Origin: Macrostomum hystrix
Taxonomy: Eukaryota > Animalia > Platyhelminthes
NCBI GenBank assembly: GCA_950097015.1
Contig: CATNEN010000001.1
Coordinates: forward strand, 12,586,001 to 12,650,000
Direction: 5' to 3'
Length of the DNA stretch: 64,000 bases
Within the stretch, counting starts at the first letter, position 1. The number at the start of each line of letters is the position of its first letter. Of this stretch, positions 48,001 to 60,000 are shown one piece after another. The translations under genes were made by a program, and so were the position numbers. The notes under the pieces are model-generated. The model did not search any database and was not told the DNA's origin. It saw only the letters and a list, made by a program, of their open reading frames with translations.

Positions 48001-51000
48001 AGATTAGACACGGGAGAAATTAGACACGGGAGAGATTAGACACGGGAGAGATTAGACATGGGTGAAATTAGACACGGGAGAGATTAGACACGGGAGAGAT
48101 GAGACACGGGAGAGATTAGACACGGGAGAAATTAGACACGGGAGAGATTAGACACGGGAGAGATGAGACACGGGAGAGATGAGACACGGGAGAGATGAGA
48201 CACGGGAGAGATTAGACACGGGAGAGATTAGACACGGGAGAGATTAGACACGGGAGAGATGAGACACGGGAGAGATGAGACACGGGAGAGATGAGACACG
48301 GGAGAGATTAGACACGGGAGAGATGAGACACGGGAGAGATGAGACACGGGAGAGATTAGACACGGGAGAGATTAGACACGGGAGAGATTAGACACGGGAG
48401 AGATTAGACACGGGAGAAATTAGACACGGGAGAGATGAGACACGGGAGAGATTAGACACGGGAGAGATTAGACACGGGAGAGATTAGACACGGGAGAAAT
48501 TAGACACGGGAGAGATTAGACACGGGAGAGATTAGACATGGGTGAAATTAGACACGGGAGAGATGAGACACGGGAGAGATTAGACACGGGAGAGATTAGA
48601 CACGAGAGAGATGAAACAGGACACTGAAGCTTTGGGAGCTTCGAGGGCTGCATCTGGCCCGCGGGCCGGAGTTTGCCGACCCCAGATCTAGACCAAACTA
48701 GCACCGCCAGAATTGATGGCTTCAATCTCTTTGTCGTCAATCAATTGTCGCTGATATCTGGACTCCAGTGTCATAAAATTCTCCTGCCAATTGCCCGCCG
48801 TGTGAGATGGGCGAGTCTTGTTAATAGGGGCGGCGGCGACGGCGGTCGACTTGGACCCAATGTCAACACTGCCGTGACGCCTAGTTGGAAATTTAATCAA
48901 CGGTTGGTGACGCTTCACGGCCGTAGCAACGGTTGCTAAGGACCGGCGCCATAGCGGATCTCGGGGCAGCAGGAGGGCGCGCAGGAGTAGGCTTGTTGAA
49001 GCAGACATGCCGCTTAATTTTTTATGTCTTTTAATTTAAACAAATAAATATACTGAAATGTTTAGCATCCATTGTTAGTTGTCGAATTGTTTCAATCAAG
49101 TTTCTTTCAACTAGATGACTTAAATGAGTTTGGCGGTGAGTGGCACAGCGGTCTGACGCGTTTGCCTCTTAGCAAGAAGGTTCCTGAGCTCGATTCAGCG
49201 GCGAGAAGGCTTGGGGCAATTTAAGCCCCAGCGGGCCAAGTAAAAGTGTAAAATTAATAGTGTACAGTGCTTGACGATGAGAAAGTCAGGGCAGTTGCAC
49301 ACCTGAGTGCTCAGGAGTCAGCAGAATGGGTCCCCCTGTCCCCCTGTTTTTTTCCTTCTGTTCCTTATACTTTAAGTATCACCCTATAGATGATCTTTTT
49401 ACAAGCTAATAAGTCACAGTCCGAAGTCCAGGAAATACAAAAGTCTGCGAGAAATGACTAAATTATTAATATCTTCAGACAATATAATAATAATAATGAC
49501 GGACTACCGCAAGCTATTCACAGTCAACATCAACAAGTTGTTGACCAAAGTAAGGTTCGTCAAGAGAGTCCCTAGCCGGACTTTGGCACGATCCCTTTTA
49601 TAACCTCGTTGCCAGACTTATTGATACACACAAATTAACAAGACTAATTAGTGCACTTAGAAGAGGAAACATGATCAGAATGAAATCCCACGCAAAGTTA
49701 TAAGGCCTTAGATTGAATCATTTCGATTTGATTCGACTCGACTGGCTAAATATATGCTCAGTAGGTCTTGTGGAGATCATTAGTTGCCAAGGCGACTAAT
49801 CTACAGGGGTTAACAAATTAGAAATTGCTATGCGGCACTTGTTGCCTCTGTTAACACCTTCCCCCAGCCCCCACCCTAGCCCAGGCAAGGGAGCAACGAG
49901 GCGAGCAGGCAAGGTTGATCGTGACAGGCAGCGGCATCAGTCACTTCATCATCATCATTATCAGCATGCAGCCCAGTTCCTATCGTGAATAATAATAAGA
50001 ATAATTATTTTATCACGATCTCGATCGGGCCAAGATAGAATTTGGATGGTGGCAAATGAATCAGAAAGGATAGATTGACTTCTAGCTCTATGATGTGTCA
50101 TTCGGCCCGTCATACACTTACATATTATGTATGCAAGGGATATGCAATATTCTAACACAATCATGTATTGAGCTTAAACCTTCAGTAGGCCAAGGTATCG
50201 ATGTCGGTATATGCATATATATGTATTATATTGTAGCACAAGACAGCTCGTGTGTGTGCCAGCCGCTAATGAGGCGAAAGTAAGTGATTCTCGATATAAT
50301 GGTGTGTGCTTAATAGCAAATGCTAGGCAACTATTCAACTGTGAATTGATCAAATAAGAACAATTGGAAATCATTTGTTCATTCATAGTGTGAACAAACA
50401 TTAGGTAATGATAACACATCGACTGTCATTGTTTTGTTATCAATTCTTTTGTACCATGATACCAGTATCGATTAATAGATATCTACTAGGTGCTAAATAA
50501 TCAACCAGAATTGATTGACATTTGTTTTTCTTCTATTCGTGATTGTGTCTCGTGATTCGTGAGCAAATCATGGGTCAGCGAGTAGGTTAGCAATACGCAA
50601 AGGTTATTGTGGCAAAGCTTGAAATTCCTGGTCATCGATAAATTCCATTGGTCTCTTTGGAATTTACATTGGGTGGGGGGTCAGTGGCAGAGCGGGCTAA
50701 AGCGTTTGCCCCTCGCACCAAGGTCCCTGAGCTCGATTCCGCGGCGAGGCCACATTTATTTGGGGCGCAGCCGCGGAGAGAAGACTTGGTGGCTTGTCGT
50801 GCGATCTACGCCCTCGAGGGCCAACCTCCAAGGCACAGTGAAAGTGCACATTGTCTGACGATGAGAAAGTCAGGGCAGATGTACACACCTGTGTGCGTGT
50901 GTGCTCAGGAGTCAGCGGAATGGGCAGAACTGCATCCTCGCCGGCTGCGGGTCCAGAGTCAACCAAACGATGTACCATTGCCCGCACACTATAAGCGTAT

Positions 51001-54000
51001 TACAAAATGCACACAGCCAATTAATATTAAATGTTTAACAAGTCAGAATCCGCCATTAATGTGATGGTAACATACACATCATCTCCCACACCTAGGCGTG
51101 TGTTTACTGTGCACTGCTGTGTTTATCTAGGCCAGGTACCCCCCCCTAAATCTGTCAGGCTGTTGCTAGGGCTAGATGGTCTGTGAGAGAGCCATGCCAA
51201 GGCAATGGAGAGAGAGAGTTGAAAAAACACAACAAAAGCAGTGAAGCGTAGAGGGCGAAATAAAAATAAAAAAGACATACAGATATAGCGCCAACCATTT
51301 ATACTAAGGCGAGAGAGAACTGAAGATTAGCGGCACTTCTGTATGAAAGCTTGTAAGGCAAGTGCCCTCTCGTCTCTATGAATGACACCTGAAAGACACA
51401 CACACACAGAAAGGCTCCCCTTTTATCATTCATCAATAAGAATAGACCAGAGCGATAAAATGATAGGCTTTCAGGAGAGACACAAGTTCAGGTCGGGTCA
51501 GTGCGTTTCGAGTTAAACAACTCTTCGTCTGAAGTAAAAGTGCGCATTGTGAATAGTGTTTTTCCCCTACCATATATAAGAAGCCAAAAAAAAGAGATCA
51601 GACCGCACAGGCCAAGCAATCTCGCAGTGTTGTCTTATCCGCTAGCAGTGTCACATTTCGATGAGTGAGTTTATAGACTGGCCAAATACTAATATGCGCT
51701 AGTATAAAAGGAAGTTTATAACAGATGAAAAGCACGGCTTCGCACTAGGAACAGCTGAGCAGGCGTGTCGCTTTGCCTTATTGTCCGAGCTCTTCTCTCT
51801 ACCGTTTAGGCACTCAGTCTCTGCTTTTCTAGCGATGTGTTCTGATGTGTGTGTGTGTGTCTGTACACAGTGTGGCGTCAACTAAAGTCAATTGATTGAC
51901 TTTTTTGGCGACGACACGACGCGCAGCACATACTTCCTCTGTTAAATATTGAACTGGAGAGAAAGTTTGCACTGGAGCTATGTACTTAAAAGAAGCATGA
52001 GAGCTGTCAATTGACCGCTTTTAAGAGCTTTGTTTTGCTGCTTCTCGATTGACAAATAAACCAAAAATTGGATCATCTTAATCTTGAGGTTGTTAGAAGG
52101 ATTTTTTTTATAATGAGATAAGAAAAAACTAAAGCTAACAGTAGCTAACAGGAGTTAAGAAAAGAAACACACGAAAAACTACTCCGGGAATGATGCTGGT
52201 GGAGTTGAATGGATAGTGAACTAGTAGGCCAGTTTGATTGACATCATCGATTGCTGTGCTTCAAGGGAAAGAAGAAACACACTTTAGCCACAAGAAGAAA
52301 TGAAAGTCTGCCTGCCTCAACAGTGGGTTCACTGGCCGGGGGAAGAAACGAAATGACTTGTCAGAGAATATTATAATAGAAGACACACTGAACAACAGAT
52401 TGGTGAGGAACAGGCCTTAGTTCTCTATACAAAAGGCGTGACAATGTGACAATGTTCATTAAGCAGATAGCCGATCTTTGTAGAAGCAGCAAAAGGTTGT
52501 ACGCCTACGCACAGCAATGGGACTAGTGTGAGAAAACAGAAATCATTCACAGCCGACTTCTGCTTTCTCTTGCTAATTGAACTTTGAGCTTCCTGATAAA
52601 TTAGTATCCTAACATGCAATGATGGACTTCCATATTAAGATGGAAGTCGTTAGGCTTTTCCTCGGGCCATTGTGTTGTAGAATCTCTGAATACAAAGTCG
52701 CTTTTATCGCATTTAACAATGGTGCGCAATTCAATGGAGTCATGCTATCTGGAGATAAATAAGGCACTAGAATGTTGAAGCTTTGATGAAGGATTAATGA
52801 CATTTACGACTAAATGTCAGATAAATTGGCACATTAGTTGCTAGATGTTAGGCCGCATGTTCAGGCCAGATATTGCGTTCCTTGGATTTTACTAATGGCT
52901 TCCCTAAGGGCTAAGATTCGAACTCCCGATCTTCTGGTTAAAAGTCCATATAGCACAGTTCTGTTCGAATACACGGATTCTAAGAAATGAGTCTGAAAAC
53001 GGGCTCAATTTGATTAGTATTTATTTCCGTGTTTTTTTCCTTATCCGCACGAGAAATGCTATGCTTGAGCTGCTCTGTTGATTGAAAATTTATTGATTAA
53101 CACAGCCAGATGGAAGATATATGGAAGGTATGCTTACTAATATGTTACCTAGAGAATGCTATTTGACCCGAATATTCATTTATCATTCGGGCCACAATGG
53201 TTAAAGTTGTGTGGAACTATAGATCAAGGTCTTACATAAGCTTATTATGCAAATTTAGGCGATAACAAGAGAGGAAAAACATACACTCAGATTATTTTGC
53301 TAAATAAACACAATATCTTACCCGACCCCCCCCCTTGTGTGGGGAAACTAAAAGTGAAGTGAAAAACTTAACTAAATAAAACTATGTTGCGTGTTTAAAG
53401 TTTCTGTCTGTCCACAGAAAAAAACGTTAACGGCACAGGAAGGCTTGAAAAAAATCAGAAGAAGAATCATAAAGAGAGATTGACACATTCGCAGCGAAAC
53501 CCGCGACTTGAAAAGGAGGGGCGTTAAAAATATGTTTTTTTTAACAAAAGAGAAGTGAAAAGCGGTGACGCAATGCACAGCGTGAGAGTGGAGGGCCAAC
53601 AGGAACTAGGTTATGCAAGAGGCCTTAATTAACTTAAAAAAACATAAATGATTTCTTTTCCTTAAAAATCTAGTCGGAAGGAAGTTAAACTGTCTATCGC
53701 TAGAATTCTTAGAATGGGGACAGATATTGTCCAAACCGGTGGACGAAAAAAGTAATTTTCTAACTGTCAAAGAATAGCAACATCCAGTGAATGATTTACT
53801 ATAGCAATATTAGCATAGGAAGAAAAGAAACGAAACAAGAATTCAGAAAATGACTAATGGCTGTCCAGTCAGTTGTGCGCAGTATTCTCAATCGTATATT
53901 AGAACTAAGAGTACATTATTTATTCTTGATTCTTATTCTAGAATACTTGACAATTCAAATCATATCAGTTTGTTTAATTCTTCAAAACAACGGCAGATGA

Positions 54001-57000
54001 AATAAGTCATGTCTGTTTTCTAGTTAAACAAGCTGGACAGGTGAACAAACTGAGTCCTTGTACTTGGCTTCTCTCTAATCTCTGTCTGTCTCTGTTGCTC
54101 TCTGCATCTCAAAATTTGAAGCGTGAGCAGAAATATTTTATCCAGCCTTGTAGATGAGTAATAAGGCCTGGCCTGCTAAACAGGTTAGCTAAAAGACAAG
54201 ACAAGACATAGTCTTACGAATCTGGCCTATCAGTCTGAGATGAAGCAATTTGACTCGCAGCACGAAAGAAGAAAACACATTGCGGACACACTGATGCATG
54301 AAAAATACGAATATAATAGGCCGACAAAATTAGAAATTCGATATAATTTATTCTTGAGTCTATGAGATGAAAGTTAAAACGAGTTGCTGTCAAAAATCAT
54401 ATTCCAAATTGCTTGTAAGTTGATTTAATTTGTTTGAGTTGGTGATTGCATCATCATGATAGAGATGATGAATTCAATTTTGCGTATCAAGTGTAACTGC
54501 ATCTGCGCGCATCGCTACCTTGATCCACTGTCTAACGCTTCTAACGAGAGAAGGCTTGGTGGCTTGTCGTGCAATTCACGCCCTTGAGTGCCAACCTCCA
54601 AGGCACAGTGAGAGTGTACACTGTCAGACGATGAGAAAGTCATGGCGGATGTACACACCTGTGTGAGTGTGCGCTCAGGAGTCAGCGGAAGGGGCAGAAT
54701 TGTCTCTTCGCTGGCTGCGGCTCTATTGTCACCAAGTAGGTACCATTGCCCGCAGCTCTCCTACAAATACTTTATTAGTATTATTAGCTATTACCACAAA
54801 CTATTGGGCTACTAAGTCCATATAAGATTTTATAACTTGACAGGTGCTAATATAAAGAAACACACTTTTTTGGGCACTTGACATTGAAGAAAAGGACTCT
54901 CTAGCCTTCTCACTCTCTTTAGCTTACTCTACCGCTCCAACCGGCCCAGCCTTCATACTTTATTCAACTTTAGCGCCAAGACCGTCAATTTCAGTAGAGA
55001 GCCCTGTCAGGTAGAAAACTGGTTTAGCTTGGCAAAACAGATTTTTTCTCAATCTAGCAAGCAAGCAACCAAGCAACTGTTCCACCATGTTTTGGACTCA
55101 ATTTGGAGCCAGTTAAAATCCTATAAAAGCTACAAGAACCAAAAGTAGGTACAATCTTAGTACACGACACACGGAAAGAAATGTACTATTAAGGTAAAAT
55201 TAAACATTCAATTGATCGGAGTGTGTGTGACACATACAAACGTATTGAAATGTTTAACTAGCTGATCTTTACCACAGCAAAATGAAATTAACTGGATTCT
55301 TTTTTTAGCACACTAAATGGCAACAAATGCTTCTTCTTCTGGGGATTTAGGTAGAGCAAATTGAAAGGAAGCTTTCAGAAAAAATCCCGCTTTTCAGCGA
55401 CTCCCGCGCGTTTTCCTCCGCTCCTGGCAACTAAATGGATCTCAATCACTAAGATAGAAAGGCCACAGAGGCCAAAAGGAGACAGATAAAGAGTAGTCAA
55501 AGCCAAAGTCAAAAGCGGAACTCCTAGAAAATGAACTTCATTTCCTGGAAAGATCTCTAACACACTTCCCTCCTACTCAGCCTCTCCGACTATTATATGT
55601 ATTTCACTTCATTGAGAAGCGAGAGTCAAAATTTTTCCTCAAAGCTTTAACAGGCAGTCAAGTCTCGAAGTGCGCAAAGTGCTTTGGTCAGTCGTTAGTC
55701 AAAGTGCTAAGATATGCGACCAACTATCAAAGCAATTGAAATAGATGATAAATAAGCTCTATAGGTTCTAAGAAGATTCATTGCCAAGAGCTAGGGTCGG
55801 CAAACTCAGCGTGCGGGCCACGGAGAGAACAGTAAAAGACAGGGGAGAGATGAGACCTAGACAGAGATGAGATAAGACACGGCAGAGATTAGACACGGGA
55901 GAGATAAGATAGGGGAGAGATGAGACCTAGACAGATATGAGATAAGACACGGCAGAGATGAGACACGGGAGAGATAAGATAGGGGAGAGATGAGACCTAG
56001 ACAGATATGAGATAAGACACGGCAGAGATGAGACACGGGAGAGATAAGATAGGGGAGAGATGAGACCTAGACAGAGATGAGATAAGACACGGCAGAGATA
56101 AGATAGGGGAGAGATGAGACACGGGAGAGATGAGACAGTTGAAGATGAGACACGAGATAGACGAGAATGAGACAGAAATGATATGAGACAGGGGAGAGAT
56201 GAGACAGGGGAGAGACGAGAATGAGACAGAAATGATATGAGACAGGGGAGAGATGAGACAGGGGAGAGATGAGACAGGGGAGAGACGAGAATGAGACAGA
56301 CATGAGATGAGACGCGGGAGAGATGAGACATGGGAGAGATGAGACAGGATACTATAGGTGTTTAAAGGGGCAATGGGCCGGATTTGGGAGCTTCGAGGGC
56401 CGCATCTTACCCGCGGGCCGGAGTTTGCCGACCACCGGCCAAGAATCTACGAACCTTGCAGACGACATATAAAATTTTCATCGAAGACAGATTCTTAGTA
56501 AAGGTATAGCAGTAATCTGACTAAATCAAATCCTTTAAGTCTCTACAAAGAGTGGCTTTAAGCCTAATTTCAGAGCTAAGCATCTAAACTTTCTATTGTA
56601 CTAAGAAGGTGCATCGAAAGCTTAATGCTGATTGAGAGGCCAGACACACCGAAAGAAAATGGGAAATTTTTTCCCTATAGAGGACTTTCTACCTTTATCC
56701 CTCAGTCTCTCAATTTCCCTTTCATTTTCCTCCCCTGTTAGATCCCATTTTCTTCCATCGACTGGCAGAGAGAAAGAGTTGGGGTACAATTTAAGCACTG
56801 CAGAATCTAATTTGCTCCACCCACTAGCAGTCGTTCAATTACTATATTATTTATATACGCCTGTGCAAGTATTTGTGTGATGGTAATTTGGCAGGCAATT
56901 CTTTGTCTCTCTATCTATCTACAGTTGTGACATTTCGTTTGTGTACTTATACATATACACACATGCTTGCGAGTGTATGTTTTATAACAAAACGTTGGAT

Positions 57001-60000
57001 ATAACGCAAATTGAATAGATAACTATTTATTCCACTTAGAGTTGGTCTCTATAAAGTTAGACTACAAAAACCTAACGGAAGTTGAGAACAAAACCATGTT
57101 TCACAAATGGATTAAGCGTAGACACACTTTTGCCACTCAAATAGATTGCACAGTAATTTACAGCTCGCAGGTAAGTCTAGTTAATAGTGGAGAGTGGAAA
57201 TAAGATTTTAACCAGCTAAACAGAACCGCATTTACTCCAACAGTCTAGCCCCCATAATAATAGAAGAAGAAGCAATTTTCTTTTTAATCTCAGTAAAAAT
57301 CAATCAATGCAACTGAAAGTCTGCGAAAAAATATAATCTACGAGGACAGGAAGTCAATTAATAGCCACAACAGAAGATGAAAGAATAATTTGTTCAATGG
57401 TTTACGAATATACGAGTATATGCCCTTTTAAATTGCACAATTATTTTTTTCTAAATGAAAAAATGAATCTAGAAAAAAATGCGCAGGAGAAACGAAAATA
57501 TTGCGCAGAAATATTTAAGCCATGAAACGTCTTAGAATAGAAAAGTAGATGAAGCCTAACGACTTAAAGGGTAGATAAGGACTGGAAGACACTGAATGGT
57601 AGATAAGGACTGAAAGACACTGAAGGGTGGATAAGGACTGGAAGACACTGAATGGTAGATAAGGACTGGAAGACACTGAATGGTAGATAAGGACTGAAAG
57701 ACACTGAAGGGTGGATAAGGACTGGAAGACACTGAATGGTAGATAAGGACTGGAAGACACTGAAGGGTAGATAAGGACTGGAAGACACTGAATGGTAAAT
57801 AAGGACTGAAAGACACTGAAGGGTAGATAAGGACTGGAAGACACTGAAGGGTAGATAAGGACAGGAAGACACTGAAGGGTAGATAAGGACTGGAAGACAC
57901 TGAAGGGTAGATAAGGACTGGAAGACATTGAAGGGTGATAAGGACTTAAAGAGACAGAAGGGTAGATAAGGACTGGAAGACACTGAAGGGTAGATAAGGA
58001 CTGGAAGACATTGAAGGGTGATAAGGACTTAAAGAGACAGAAGGGTAGATAAGGACTTAAAGAGACAGAAGGGTAGATAAGGACTTAAAGAGACAGAAGG
58101 GTAGATAAGGACTTGAAGACACTGAAGGGTAGATAAGGACTAAAAGACTCTGAAGGGTTGATAAGGACTTAAAGACACTGAAGGGTAGATAAGGACTGGA
58201 ACACCCTGAAGGGTAGATAAGGACTGGAATACCCTGAAGAGTAGATAAGGACTGGAATACCCTGAAGAGAGATAAGGACTGGAATGCCCTGAAGAGCAAA
58301 GAAAACCTATTTGAATAAAAAAGCAACCTTTTCCTACTTTCCTACTGCAGTTGGTGTGTGAGTGAGTGGGCAGTGACATTGCAAACATATACTCATGCCC
58401 TATTAGGGAATACAATAGAATAAAAGAGAAGGAAAATAGCTGGTAAAAAAGCTGATAGATGGGAATGATTCTAAAATGGCTCGGGCAATTCAGAACTGTA
58501 GTCACAGGCCAGATAGACTCAGAACGATATGAGTACGGAGCATAGCTCTGCGGACTGCAGTTAGAAAATTGATTAATAAGAATGGCCATAGGCAGGACCG
58601 ATTGCCAGAAAGAGACAGAAGAGATAATGCAGCAAGCACCCCCCCATAGCCCGCACGGCAACTGGGGGGGGGAACGGATCAAACCTCACTGCGCCGTAAT
58701 GCATTAAACTAAAAAATGGCAAATGAACTTACTAACACGCACTAATATAGATATAGTTCCAGCAATAACTTAATAAACATGTACGCAAATGTACAATTCC
58801 TTTACAAAAAAGCGGTGCAACTGTTCAGTCCATGGACTGGGAGAAAAATTACCCCAACTAATACTGACTGTCGTTCTAAAGTATACCAATCGCTCCAACG
58901 GAGCTGGGAATCGAACCCCCGACCTTCAATTCGTGAGTCCAATGCGCTAAGCCAAGAGCCACAACACCCTAAAACCAACTACTAGAATAATCTAGCTAAG
59001 ATCTGAAGTGGTCATTGAAGTAGGTGTCAAAAAGAAATTAATTATTGATGCGAAATTCTTAGTTGATTGGAAAAATTAAAGTACATTTTCTAAGATTGTC
59101 ACTCGGAAGAAGGCTATTGGACGGAAAAATCCGCTAAGAGCAGATAAAAAGTTTGAGTCTTATAAATTATCAAGTTTTTCGCAGCTTTTATTTATTTGAT
59201 TCAGTTTGAATATATTATTTAATTTTTATCGTACACTAACAGGCGGTTCTTAACTGACTCATTAGACAAAGCTGGCAAAAATGTGGAATAAATTCTAGAT
59301 TTAATTAACGAATTTAGTCAACCGAGCTACATAAGCTATTTAAGCTACCCTTCTATTTCTTGGCCATGGCAGAATCTTTTTCAAAGCAAGACGTTCGGAG
59401 CTTGATGAAGTTCCAATTCCTGCAAGGAAAGAAACCTCCGGAGATGTTTAGAGAGCTTCAGCAAGTGTTTGGTGACAGTGCACCAACTGAACCGACTGTT
59501 CAAAAGTGGTTCCGGTTGTCCGCTGAAGGCAGAGAGAGCGTCGAGGACAACGACCGCTCTGGAAGACCGATGACTGCCACAAACGAGACCGAGGTGAAGA
59601 AAGTGCAGGAGCTCCTGGATGATGATCGGCGACTGACTTGCGAAGAGCTGTCAGAAGATGTCGGAGTGTCAGTTGGTAGTGTGCACACCATTCTGACAGA
59701 CCGTCTGAACCCGCAGAAGAAATTCAGCAAGTGGGTGCCACACCTGCATGACAATGCGTCGGCTCATCGGAAGCACAATGTTGTTGAACTCCTGAGCGGT
59801 TGGGGTTGGGAAGTGCTGCAACATCCGCCCTACTCGCCTGATTTGTCACCCTGTGACTTCTTCCTATTCCCATCTGTGAAGAAGCACCTTCCGGGAATTC
59901 GATTCGACAGCGTCGAGCACATCAAATCTGCTTGCCACGGTGCAGTGCGTGAAACGGACGCGAGAGGCGTGGGTACTGGAATCAGAGGTCTGGTGCATCG

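Noticed and set aside
59020-59040. Left TIR of the mariner (TAGGTGTCAAAAAG)
   Set aside because: Only a gapped partial match to the right TIR; not enough to set the boundary.
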